64,000 bases of DNA, from positions 37,386,001 to 37,450,000 of the forward strand of contig OX597839.1 of assembly GCA_951406725.2 (NCBI GenBank). The letters run 5' to 3'. The notes under the pieces were generated by a model. The model had not been told where the DNA came from. It saw only the letters and a list, made by a program, of their open reading frames with translations, and made no database searches. Made by a program: the position numbers and the translations under genes. The stretch is from Octopus vulgaris. Taxonomy: Eukaryota. Positions 14,221-27,323 of this stretch are shown in pieces (positions within the stretch are counted from its first letter, which is position 1; every line of letters begins with the position of its first letter).

Positions 14221-17200
14221 ATCAAATTAAGTTCCTACTCATGGCAGACTGGATAAGGAAATACACACGCAAGGTAAGCCTGCATACTACACCTTTCTCA
14301 AACAGGGTAGCCCTGCTCTTTGCAATACCATTACATTGGACTGAAAGCAATAACTGTTTGCAATATAGGCGTATTTGACTACAGCCGAGCCCATTACACA
14401 AAATCCACATCCGTATGGTCCGATGGTAGAGACAGGGACATTACCCTCCAGAGTGATTTTTACATGGATACATTCAAGTATCAAGGACAGTCAGCAGTAT
14501 AAGTACATTCAACCAACCAACTTTTACAAGGGGATCATTACTTTGACTGTTGCATTGGTATGGCCATGTGTATCCTTCAAGGATACCATACATGTTTGTG
14601 ACCACAAGAACAGTACAGTGGAGAGAAGAAAAAAACCCCATCTCAAATTGATGTAAAAGATTTGGATAAAGGGAAGATAAGCATCAACAATGCTTAATAT
14701 CTGGCAGACAGGGAGGAAAACTGTCCATGGGAAGGGAGCCCTTAAAGAAAGGCATCAGATCAGGAGATAAGATAAAACCGTCCCTGCTTAAAGGATTGAC
14801 ATCTTAAGTACAGTACTGTACAGATGCACCAAGAGTTAAAGTACATGCAGTATAAGCCACCTACCAACTAATGTGAATTCCTGTACAGATCAGCTAAGAA
14901 TCCATGTTTAACACAGACTACTTACCATCTTTTTTTTTTTTTTTAAATTTGTCCCAGTCACGTGGCTGCCACATATTCTTTACACCATGCTCATGACCAT
15001 CACAACTTAGCTAACCTAAATGCAACAGCATGTTGGCAAAACGTGTTTAGAGGGGGGGAAGCAAAAAAAACAAAGGCTCGCAGTTTAACCCTTTTGCATT
15101 TCAACTGGCCACGTCCAGCTCGGATATTCTGTTTTATGTTTAAACAGGCCAAATCTGTCCTCTCAACACTTACCCAACATCACACTTGAAGCTACGAGAT
15201 AATGCAGCATTAAATCAAGATAATATGAATATATAAGCATTACATTTGACAGAGTAATCTGGATGCTAACGGGTTAAAGTATTAACTATACAAAGTTTTA
15301 AGTCCTTAAGAAAGATGTTCATGTAAAATTGATTTTTCCCTGAAAGGCACGAACTGTAGCAAAGAGTTGTGCCTGAGCCCAACATTTTTCTTTATATGCC
15401 CGTAGCTACTCATTTGTATCTGATGATACATATACACACATGCACACTTATCATTCATTATCTGGTAGAATAACTTGAATAACATATATGACATGAATTT
15501 GCAGAGAGATCTTCCAGAAGACAAATTTCCTTACTGTTGAGTCTCGATTGAAGCCGCCCCTGTTTACACATCTTGTCAAACAAATTACAAATACACTTCA
15601 ACTATTAAAAGTTAATTTTAGGATTGAATTAAATTAAAATAATTTCTTTTTTCTTCAATTATAAAGTTGCAGACAAAAAATAAACAAATTTTATTTCAAA
15701 TAAATTTTTTCTTCAAATTAAATATTATATTTTTGTTAAAAATTAAAAGGACCAAAAATGTAAATAATCTAATAAAATTATTAAAAAATAGTTTTTATAT
15801 TACAGTGACTAACTTCAATGTATAAACTTTAACACTAAATAATTTTTTTCATTTATATTTAAGACTTTTTAAAAAAATATTGTTACAAATTAAAAATAAA
15901 TGTCTGCAATATTTAAATTATTATTTTATCTAAAATATGTGAAAGTAGAGTGAGGCTCCTTCGTTTCTGTTGTAACAAAGTAAGTAACCATAAGAAATAC
16001 TTATCAGTTAAATGCAAAACAATTACTCCAACTCAGTAGAGCAAGAGATTTGAAAGAAAAAAAGAAAGGAAAAAAAAAAAAAAGGAAAATAGAAGAGAAA
16101 AAGAAAGGAAAAAAAAAAAAAAAGAAAACAGAGAAGGGAATTCCATCACAGTTTCTGAGTTCTGCTGACAGTGCAGATAATATACAAACCATGGCATCTA
16201 GGATGTGGTTCATGAGCCAGGTAAAGCCAGTGGAGGAGACGACGTGTCTAGCCCATGACCACACAGGATCAGCCAGGTAACATCATTGACACTCCATTTA
16301 GAGCTGTGCAATGCAGCAAAAAAGAAAACCCAATCAGAGATGGTCAAGTGTTACCAACAGTAACATCATAAATAGATGAGCATCTTCTAATTTAAGCAAA
16401 ACTAGTTAAACATTTTTACATACATCATAACAATATACAGACAAATATTTATTAAAATTAAAACGTAATGTAACCACCCTACCACAACCATTTGACAAAT
16501 GAAAAATACCCGGGGGGAAGGATGGATGGATGGAAAAGCAGAAAGATGACATTTCATATGGAAAACAGTTTGGTGCGTGTATATATATATATATAATATA
16601 TATACACATCTCCATATACTGACCATAAGTGAGTTAAAACACTCAATTACACCAATTAATTTATACTGAAATAAATATTTGAGGAAAAAAAGGTGCAAAA
16701 AGAATTTAAAAAAAAGAAGAAAAAAAAGGAAAATCTGAGTCAAAGTCAACTGATTTGAGATGGGAGCAGCAGCAAAATTGGTTGCAATAATAGCAACAAC
16801 AACAATGGTTTCAAGTTTTGGTACAAGGCCAACAATTTTAGGGAGAAGGAAGTCGGTCGATTACACCAACCCCAGTACTTACTCGACTGGTACTTTATTT
16901 TATCGACCCCTGGAAGGATGAAAGGCAAAGTTGACCTTGGCGGTATTTGAACTCAGAACATCAAGAGCCAGAAAAAAATGCCACAAAAACATTTTGTTCT
17001 GCTTGCCGCCTTAATAACAATACTATTCCAATTAAAAAGGTGTTTCATGCTAATTAAACATTCTCTCAAATATAAAAACCCGTTATCAGCAAACTGCTTT
17101 ACTTAGAATGCAAAAATGCAAAAAAGCAACCAATGGTTAAATGACAGGGTTATACATATTCATACACATTCAATATGCATATTATGTTATACATAATATG

Positions 17201-17272
17201 TATATATTATATATACATACAAACATGCATTCAATTTGCAAATATACACATGCATTCAATATTCATATATAT

Positions 17273-17612
17273 GGTGACCCCCTTCGGTCAGACACTGACC
17301 ATGGGTTTGCACCTAGAGAGTTACCCTCTAAGGCACAAGCCTGGGCAAAGTTGTTTTATGGAAGACCAGCAGTCGCCCATGCATACCGGCCTCCCCTCTC
17401 CACATCACCGATGTTGTCCAAGGGAAAGGCAAAGGGCCGATACAGCTTGGCACCTGTGACGTCGCAACTCATTTCTACAGCTGAGTGAACTGGAGCAACG
17501 TGAAATAAAGTGTCTTGCTCAAGAACACAACACACAGCCCGGTCCGGGATTCGAGCTCACAACCTCACGATCGTAAGCTCGACGCTCTAACCACTGAGCC
17601 ACGTGCCTTCAC
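17273..17612 (-). mobile_element. tRNA/CORE-type SINE family D, tail variant 1
   Basis: GTGGCTCAGTGGTTAG A box, B box, GTGTTCTTGAGCAAGACACTT core. Confidence 0.85.
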
Positions 17613-18798
17613 ATATATATACATATATTAACAGTTTTTTCAAACTCCTAGGCGGGAGGGAAGTATTTATGAAGATCTCAATATTTACATAGAAATTACT
17701 GGAACAAATGTTTCTTTAGAGTTAGGAGGTCATCACTTCTGTTTAACCACTTACATGTTGGGTCAAGCCACTGAGGGAAACCTCTACACGACCTGCTAGA
17801 AAAAGCAACCATATCTCCCTCAAAACACACCTACTGTCTTCAAAAAGAATATAAGATAATGTAACCCTAGATACACCACCTGGATAAAAGACAGGGATTG
17901 TCACATCTGGATTGGCTTTTATCATAGATCTATATACTCAAAGCTTTTTTTCAAGAAAAAAAAGCTTGAGCGGTCAAGCAATGATGATGAATACTCAAAG
18001 CTGAGATGAACTAAGCAACTGTAACACCTCAAGTAGGGTCGCCAAGACCAATTAACTCTTCATTATCTAGGGGACCAGCAATGAAGCCCTGGGTATATTC
18101 AACATTTTTCAATAAGACAATTCTCCAGCTCTCTTCTCTAAATTTATCCACTGTCCCAGTGCTAGACACTCAACAAAGTGTTCTGGTATCTTATGAAAAA
18201 TTATTCCATCTTTAGTGAAAACAAGGACAGGGCACTCTGGAAAAACAGAATTGGTCAACATATACTCACTTAGCTAACCACCCACCCTCCGCTTTTTCTC
18301 ATTATTCCCAGAAACATATTCTACATAGCCACTCGTTAGTCTTTCGTGGGAGGACATCATCGTTTGTTACACTAACCATTGAGAAAATACTTACTAACCA
18401 TGAAACATGGTCCTTTACTCAAATATGTTGACTCTGAAATAATAACAGCCTTGGATATAAAGACTAGCTGATTTCAAAGCGGACCCTTAAAAGCCAACAG
18501 AAAAATTTATGTGACAAGTCAAAAGCCTTAATCCTTGCCACAAGACAACAAATATGTGTCTTTTCACTTCTCAAAAAGATAGAGAGAGAGTGAGTGAGAG
18601 AAAGTCTAGGCCTATCAAGTCACACCATCTTTTAATGACGTTAATGATGACCAAAATTCATTTCCTGGATTCTTTGAATCCGTTAAATTTAGATCTGAGC
18701 TATTTTATTGCAAATAACATAGAACAAACACTATGGCATTTAAAAACAACAACAACAACAATGATAAAAAATAGAAATATACTGAAGGCAATACTCAC

Positions 18799-18908
18799 TT
18801 TCCACTTCGTAACTGCTTTATATGATGGAAAACGTTTATCGTATCTCGAATCCTTCGAGGACATTCCTCTATTTTCGACGCCAGGTTCATACAAGCCATT
18901 GCTACTAC
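18799..18908 (-). CDS. CCNL1: Cyclin L coding exon 3 ([37 protein letters not shown])
   Basis: ttacAG|GTA...GGA AA|GTGAGT, 110 nt, phase 0/2, LASKIEE cyclin-box motif. Confidence 0.95.
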
Positions 18909-21163
18909 CTGTAACAACATAGCAATCAGTGCTGATTTTAGGGAGTCAAAGCACACAATACTTCCTACTACTACTTCACTGAGCAACACATTTTGGCAAT
19001 AAAACACAGAACCCTTGATTTTTATTTATAACAATGAACAATCAGTTATTATAGATAATTTTCTTTTTTTTTTTTTGGCAGTGGAGGACGAGTACACGCA
19101 CCAACTACTACAGAACATCTTACAAATGAGTCAGTAGTGATACACATCAACCGTTACATAAGTTGGAGCGGGTAGAAACGAACCCCCCCAAAATAACCAT
19201 ACTCGGTCGACGTCAAAGACGCATATATATACATGAGTGAGGGAAGAGGAGAAGGAATCCAGCTGAGTGAAAAATGGATGTTGAGGAGGGGCGAGTAAAT
19301 TCAAACATCCACTATACCACAATTTCCTTGATTTAAATTTATTAAATTGGATTAGGGCCGCCTGCTTAACCACTAAGTATGTAGAGACGTGCCCCAGCGT
19401 AGCCGCAGCCTCCGGGCTGGAGCTAAAAGATTACATATATATATATATACACGAGTCGGAAGATGGCCCTACACACGAACTACATATGTGCAACACACAC
19501 AACTCCAGTCAGACATAAAACTCTACATGTTTCCGGTGGTAAGTAGGACAAAGAGGTACGGTAGTACCAACGTCTATATATAGGCACTAGAGAGAGAGAG
19601 AGAGAGAGACAGACAGAGACAGATCGACGGGTGGTGGTAGTGGTGGTGATTACACCACATACACACAAACGACGTTGATCGAACAAAGAACATACAAACG
19701 GAAGTACGTCTAAGATCACAGAACAGAATCAATTAAAAATATAAGAACAGCCAAGGAGACGAGGTGGGAAGACATATTGGATCATCAGATCTAGGATGGA
19801 AGGGGGGGGGCGAAAATTCGCACAGACACGTGAAACAATTAAAATTAACCGACAATAAACTTCAATGTCTATCCACACACACACACACACATACAAACCA
19901 TATTCTTTCATCCTACCTACCTACCTACCCTCCACCGTTTCAGTTGACTATTTAAAAAGAAAAAAAAAAACATTCCACTACCGACCACCACCACCGACTA
20001 AGAGCTAACAAAATCACACAGCTCTCTCTCTCTCTCTCTTTCTTTCTCTCTGCTTTATGAGCCACATTCAAAACTCCAACACATTTTTATTCATCGCTAA
20101 CAAAGGGGGCATTGTGTACCCACCCGATCGTTCAACGGATATAATTAGACACACAAGGTAATATACAACGCAAAAAAAAAAATACAAAAAAAAATGGATG
20201 CACGGGATGGTCACGCGTGGAACGTCTCAGGACTGAACAGTGAAGCTAAGAAACAAACACCTCCACTATACAATATTTTAAAACCGCTAATTTAATAAAG
20301 GAAACCGTTTGCAATAGTTTATTATAATCATTACTACCAGAGCAGAAGCGAATCGTTTCAGAATATGAAATGTCGCCACGAGGTGGAAAAAGAGGCCAAT
20401 ATGTAGGATGTCGGAAAAGACAAGCCTTTAGTATTTATTTATTATTTTATAGATTACGGGTTTTAGAAATTTGGTCAAGGTTCCCAAATGCCGGATGTTC
20501 GTTCATACATCCGGGATCGATACAACAACAGATGAAACACTTGATGCTCTGACGACACCATTTAACCATCATCAACAGCTCTCTGCTTGGTGGTGGTGGA
20601 TGGATGGATGGATGGATGGAGCCAGCCATTTCCTTTCTTACTTACAACACTTCATATGGCTGTGGGGGTGAAAATGGGATTGGGGAAAAGGAAGAATTGA
20701 ACACGTCAACCGTTGTTGCCCCCACCACATGGCCGCCGCCGCCGCCGGTTTGTGAACGTTTATTTGTTGTTCATGTAATAAAAAACGAACTAAATTTAAA
20801 AGCCTAACTTGGTCTATTCAAACATGAAATGGAATCCCAATCGGCCATTCTACTTGCTGCTGTGTGTGTATTACAAGAGAGGAAAACAGCTTTCGCCACT
20901 TAAGAGGGAAAAACAACAAACATCATTCAAAGGAGGAGGGGGGGGATAATAAATTAAGAAACACACATATACACACACATAAACGTGATTATCAACAGTT
21001 AATGAACGATATTTTAATTCCACATCTATAATTAAACACACATACTCACACACTCATCTACCAACGGCGGCACGATCGCTTAATAGAAGCTAGAAAAATC
21101 CTAATCAGTTAACGTGCTAAATTTTAATTATTTCTACTTCTATAGTTCAACACACTGTGTGTG

Positions 21164-21194
<31 letters not shown>

Positions 21195-21327
21195 GGGGTG
21201 AGAGAAGAGAGGAAAAAAAAAAACCCCAACGGTTTCCTCCGAAAAAAAAAAGTCATATTTAAACAAAGCAAAGAAATATTTTAATGGCTTCGATGTTTCT
21301 ATTTTCGGGACATTACATCAAACAGGA

Positions 21328-21389
<62 letters not shown>

Positions 21390-21994
21390 TTATGTCACAC
21401 GACCCATACTCACTAAAATCAAACAACGTTTCAACAATTCAGGCAGAAATCCTCCTATATATATAATGTCAAAAGAATTCAGAAATCTCTAACGAAATCC
21501 ATCAGCCAAGAGCTACATGGTATAAGCTCGATCCACTAAAAATAGCAAGAAAATCTTTCTCAAATCACACACTCCCATTCTTCAATTAAAGCACCTTGTG
21601 GAATTCCTATGCATTTATATATTACCATAACGATTATATATATATATACGAGAAAAGAAAAAAAAAGATAGTTATTGGAACAGCTATAGGAAAATCATTA
21701 AGAAATTATTTAATAGAAATTATTACAACTATAATTTTTTTTTAATATGTTGCTGTTTTAAAATTTCATGATCAACTCCAAAGTTACACACAACATGCTT
21801 ATTATATAGAGAAAGTGAGTAGATTGGGGTGGATGGATGGATGGATGGAGGTCGGTCCCTTAGCTCCTGATGCGAGTTGTAAAACGGGCACCAATCATGA
21901 CATACTATATATATATATATATATAGAATGAAGAGAGTTTGTTTCCAAGTGAGAAATGAAAGTGATTTCTGAAAACTGAATATTTCAAACTAAC

Positions 21995-22069
21995 CTCCAT
22001 GTTGTGTTTCACAAATGACTTGGAGTAATAAAACCTCTGGAATAGGACTTGTCCCGTTGCCATCGCAAC
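21995..22069 (-). CDS. CCNL1: Cyclin L coding exon 2 ([25 protein letters not shown])
   Basis: Found by reading the minus strand; not in the ORF track. ttttcatctAG|GTT...GAG|GTTAGT, 75 nt, phase 0/0, strong cyclin-box match. Confidence 0.95.
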
Positions 22070-23474
22070 CTAGATGAAAAGAAAGAAAGAAAGAAACAAA
22101 TGGATGATGGTAATGATAATAATGATGATGATCTGTATAGTGGTGTGGGTGGGGGTCGGGGCGAAATTTGTAGCTCGGACATAATGTTAGTTAGTAATGA
22201 CAGTAAATAAAGAGAGAGATGTTACTAAGGCTGGTGAACAGAAAAATCTCAAGATATGATGACGATGGTGGGGGCACCCCTTCCCCGCTCGTTAAGTTTA
22301 CAACCTGAGGCAACTGGTGATGATCTAATGGGAGTTCTTTCTCATACATATATAGTAGTATATTTGGATAAAGGAATAATGTTGCCAAAGCAGCAAAAGA
22401 GAGAGAGAGGGAGGGGGGAGATCGGTATGGTATTATGGTACCATAGAGGAGAATTTTAAAAGACAGGAACATTGTGGAGGTCGGGGAGAATATAAACTGG
22501 AATGAGAGGAAATTTAGCAAAGGGTCTGTGTGAAAAAATATTAAGCAAGATCTAAAACAATGAGATTGAGTTGATGATCAAGTCTGTATATATAGGATAA
22601 TGACCTCCTGGTTTACACCGAGTTGGTCTAGTTTTAGTTCAGTTAACAGAGAAAAAAAATGAGATAGCGACTGTTGGTTTGTAAATTGAATTAAAGTTAT
22701 CAAATAGGCCATAAAAAAAAAGGAAATTGAAGTAACATGTTTCTCAGCAGATATATAAAGTTTGATGTATATTTTGTAAGGGTTAGGAAATAGAAAGAAT
22801 ATGATGAGAGAGGCTATGATACAACAGAAAGGGATTAAATTTAATGTGCTGAGATATTTTAAAAGCCATCTGAAGGCTGCGATGTTGACTAAAAGAGACT
22901 TGAATTATACATGATAGAGGGGTCAGAATATGATCTGGAGATATGAGCTGGCGTATATGTGGGATCTTTGATCCATAAAATATATATACTGGCTTGAAGA
23001 GACATTTTAAATTGATATGGAAAGACTGTGTGAAAACAAGGAAGGGAAATGCATTCTGTGTGTGTGAATCAGAAATTATCAAATAATCGGGAGACATTAA
23101 AAAAAGGGTTAAAATAGCGAGTGAGTATCCTTGGTCCTAAATTCAAATTGCTCTTTTAGCTGCGATTGTACCCTAGGATATAATAAACACATACTATGTA
23201 CCCATCTATCGATGGATTTTCCTTATTTTTCCCTTTTGCCTGCGTGGATATATATATCAATCTATTTGGCCGTGTATGACGATCATTAATTTGCCTTTCC
23301 ACACTTGGAAGGTGAAGATGAGAACCATTTTTATGTGTGGTGTGAGTGAGACTAAATTTTATAAAACTTTAAATAATATACCAACTCCATTACCTAATAT
23401 GAGTGCCTGTTTTTATATATTTTCTCAGAATTAATGAAGCTATCAGGCAAAACTATTTATAGTATATATATATG

Positions 23475-23510
<36 letters not shown>

Positions 23511-24017
23511 CACACACACATATATATATATACCACTATAAAATGGTCAAAACTCCTCACACAGGAACTTAGTTTGATTTGAAAACCCCACAAGAATGGG
23601 AGAAAGCGCTGCTAATACATGATCTAAGTGATATGATGTATAAAAACATGTAATATACAAATAAATATCTGTAAATATAAAACCATCCGATTTTCTGAGT
23701 ACCTCATTTCTTCTAATATACATACATACACATATATATATATATTTATATATATATATATATATACATACATATATGTACATATATATATATGTATATA
23801 TATATATATACAAGATAAGGAAATGGAGAAATACATCTAAATCAAATATCAATTACCAGATAATACTCAATCACATACTTTATTAAACCACCACATAAGA
23901 GACTGTAGGGTTAAATATAAAAAGGAGAACAAATCAGTGTACACAAAGGAATGTACATAAAAGAGTAATGTATATATATATATATATATATACACGTTAC
24001 TCTTTTATACATATGGC

Positions 24018-24053
<36 letters not shown>

Positions 24054-24370
24054 AGGTTTGGAGATGATGTACAGGTATTATATATTAGAAGAAATGAGGT
24101 AATCAGAAGATCAAATGGTTCATATTTATAGATATTTATTTATATATTACATTTTCTACATATATATATATCATAGCATTCAGATTATTAGCGCTTTCTC
24201 CCATTCTAGTGGGGTTTTCAAATCAAATTGTGTATATATATATATATATTTCTTTATTGCCCACATGGGGTTAAACATAGAGGGGACAAACAAGGACAGA
24301 CAAACGGATTAAGTCGATTAAGTGCGTAACTGGTACTTAATTTATCGACCCCGAAAGGATGAAATGCAAA

Positions 24371-24406
<36 letters not shown>

Positions 24407-24722
24407 GTTGGTTGTATATATGTATATATATATATATACATCAGTTGGTTGTATATATGTATATATATATACATCAGTGTATATATGTATATATATGTAT
24501 ATATGTGTATATGTGTATATATGTATATATATATACATCAGTTGGTTGTATATATGTATATATATATATATACATCAGTGTATATATGTATATATATGTA
24601 TATATATATGTGTATATATGTATATATATATACATCAGTTGGTTGTATATATGTATATATATATATACATCAGTGTATATATGTATATATATATGTATAT
24701 ATATATACATCAGTTGGTTGTG
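24371..24722. repeat. TA-rich minisatellite with CATCAGTTGGTTG / CATCAGTG spacers
   Basis: Alternating spacers embedded in (TA)n. Confidence 0.9.
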
Positions 24723-25140
24723 ATGTATGTTTTGAATAAGGAATCGCATTTATACAGTTGTATTTAAGTATGTATGTGTGGGTAAAGATGTGCAATGAGA
24801 AGAGGAATTTGAATTTTCGAACGGTAAAAGCTGGGGATACCCGGCGACAAGAGACAAGAGACAAGAAGAAGAAGGACCGAGAAATGGCCAAGTAGAAGTA
24901 GAAGAGAGAAGAGAGCAAAAAAAAAAAAAAGGATTGGTTTGAGCGAGCGATAATTCAAAGACGAGAACGAGTAAGAGGGACATCGATAGTGATCGGGATA
25001 GAGTGTGCGTCAGAGAAAAAAATGTATGTATTTTGTATGTGAATCGAGAGAAGGACCGAGAAGAGAGAGATGAAATAAAGCAAAGGGGGGAAAAAAACGT
25101 GATAGACATGAGAGGATCAAAGATGGCGTCGTCCACCTAC

Positions 25141-25347
25141 CTGAGGTAGCTTCAACAAGATACCAGCGGTCTGTATCATCTCGCAGCCGATAATGCGTAA
25201 ATCTATCTCTACCTCGTAGGCCAGACCATCTTGCATGGACGGTGTAGGCGACAATCTTTCTTCTGGCAGCAGAATATTCTCTAAAGTAATCACTACTTTG
25301 CTAAAAGTACGACGAGAAGACACAAGCTGTTTGTTCTCCGACGACAT
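25141..25347 (-). CDS. CCNL1: Cyclin L coding exon 1 (MSSENK...GCEMIQTAGILLKLPQ)
   Basis: ATG at 25347. Translation contains the cyclin L motifs LSPTPSMQDGL and DLRIIGCEMIQTAGILLKLPQ. Ends CAG|GTAGGT, phase 0, 207 nt. The symbol denotes the CCNL1/2 co-ortholog. Confidence 0.95.
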
Positions 25348-25353
25348 CTTGAC

Positions 25354-26090
25354 TAGGACCTTACAGTCTTGTCTCGTTCTCGCTCCCTCCTACCTTCTCG
25401 CTCACTCTTACCCTCTCTATTCGCTTACTGACTCTTACCCTCTCTATTCGCTTACTCGCTTACTGACTCTTACCCCCTCTATTACTCTGTCGCTTACTAA
25501 CTCTTTTCTCTCTATCACTTACTCGCTTAGGACCTTACAGTCTTTCTTGTTCTCGCTCCCTCCTACCTTCTCACTCACTCTTACCCTTTCTATTCGCTTA
25601 CTCGCTTACTGACTCTTACTAACTCTTTTCTCTCTATCACTTACTCGCTTAGGACCTTACAGTCTTGTCTCGTTCTCACTCCCTCCTACCTTCTCACTCA
25701 CTCTTACCCTCTCTATTACTCTGTCGCTTACTAACTCTTTTCTCTCTATCACTTACTCGCTTAGGACCTTACAGTCTTGTCTCGTTCTCACTCCCTCCTA
25801 CCTTCCCACTCACTCTTACCCTCTCTATTCGCTTACTCGCTTACTAACTCTTACCCTCTCTATTACTCTGTCGCTTACTAACTCTTTTCTCTCTATCACT
25901 TACTCGCTTAGGACCTTACAGTCTTGTCTCGTTCTCGCTCCCTCCTACCTTCTCACTCACTCTTACTATCTCTATTCGCTTACTCGCTTACTAACTCTTT
26001 TCTCTCTATCACTTACTCGCTTACTAACTCTTACCCTATCTATTACTTACTCGCTTACGAACTCTTTTCTCTCTATCATTAACTCTTACT
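25354..26090. repeat. Compound tandem repeat, five variable units, immediately upstream of the cyclin L ATG
   Basis: Unit anchor TAGGACCTTACAGTC at 25354, 25528, 25650, 25762 and 25909 (spacings 174, 122, 112, 147), with reshuffled internal modules. Confidence 0.92.
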
Positions 26091-27323
26091 CTTCCTGCAT
26101 CTCACTCTCTCAACCGGATTTATAACACTCTAACATATTCTTCCGCCTTATTTATCGATGCTATAATGCAACATATTCAGTATATACAACATAAATACTC
26201 AATATACGCACTATATATTCGATATATATTTTTATATGTATGTATATTATATACACTAAAATACAACAAATTCTTTGCGGGCTTATATTTAAAAAATATA
26301 TTTGTCTCTGAATTATACAAAACTGAACTGAAATATTTGCTCACTTTAGCTGTTTAATTGAAAACAAATAAAAATATTCTATGTAATGCTTTTGTTTATG
26401 TTTTTCGTAAAAAAAATTAAGGTTAGACAGAGAATAAAAAAGAAGGATTTTTTTCCAGGAGCGGAGGAAGAACGTATTAAAAAATAGAGATATGCGGTTA
26501 CGTAGTTGATAAAGTGTGATAAAGAGAAAAAGGACGAAGGAGGGGGAGAAAGAAAGAAACAGACAGACAGAACGGAGAAGTAGCAGTAGTGGTGGTGGGA
26601 GGAAAGAAGGGGAGGCAGCTAACGGAAGTAGTAGTAGGATGGTGAGAGATTCGAAACCCCCACCCGAAATTATGAATGATAGAGCTGCTCTGTCTTAACC
26701 TACCATGGTGTGTCACTGCCACGTTGCATATCTCTCTCGCACAGATCGGCTTCCCTCAGCCGAAATTCTGTGCCTTATAGCAACAACACACCTACCTACC
26801 GACTAAATAAGACTCAAAAGCCCGTACACTAAGTCTTTAATACAATCTCATTATTAATTAGTATTGCTGCTGCCGTTGTTAAGGGTGCTCCCTTGCTACT
26901 GCAAACTTTGTTATTATATATATATATATATATATATAGATCTATATACGTAAACGGGTACATATAAAATTGTTTGTCCTAATATCTCTAACTGTTGACA
27001 TCTGAATACATAAAAAGGATATATATATATATATATTTATATATCGACACAGCTTTTTAGTTGAGCCACATACAAACGAAAACAATCGCGTTTCTACCCT
27101 AGAAACCGCTGACACAGGATTATATACAACACAACCTTAGTAGTCTCCTAGGACAAACACAAAGAGCACACACACACATACACACACACTCGCACATACA
27201 CACACATATATATATAATATACACCCACCCATTCTTATATATATATATATATACACACAGTATATGCGCGCACACCTCAGTACGTTTGTAGATGTGTGAA
27301 GCCCTCATCAAGCAAACGTCATC
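26091..27323. promoter_or_regulatory. Putative bidirectional promoter / 5' UTR region between divergent cyclin L and Cab45
   Basis: Start codons point away from each other about 2 kb apart and the interval lacks interspersed repeats. TSS positions cannot be seen. Confidence 0.55.

Noticed and set aside
16265-16290. Possible C/D box snoRNA (ATGATG...CTGA on the minus strand)
   Set aside because: The C box is imperfect, spacing to CTGA is too short, and no terminal stem or distal D box was found.
20491-20514. Small hairpin CCGGATGT...ACATCCGG
   Set aside because: An 8-bp stem alone is expected by chance in 64 kb and is too short for a pre-miRNA.
24322-24767. Overlapping YI/IY-rich ORFs (also near 23.5-23.9, 29.4-29.8, 33.6-33.9 and 45.5-46.2 kb)
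   Set aside because: Artefacts of (TA)n microsatellites.
25354-26090. CRISPR-like repeat/spacer appearance (also 46644-47540)
   Set aside because: Eukaryotic context, the inter-repeat segments are themselves repeated, and there are no cas genes.
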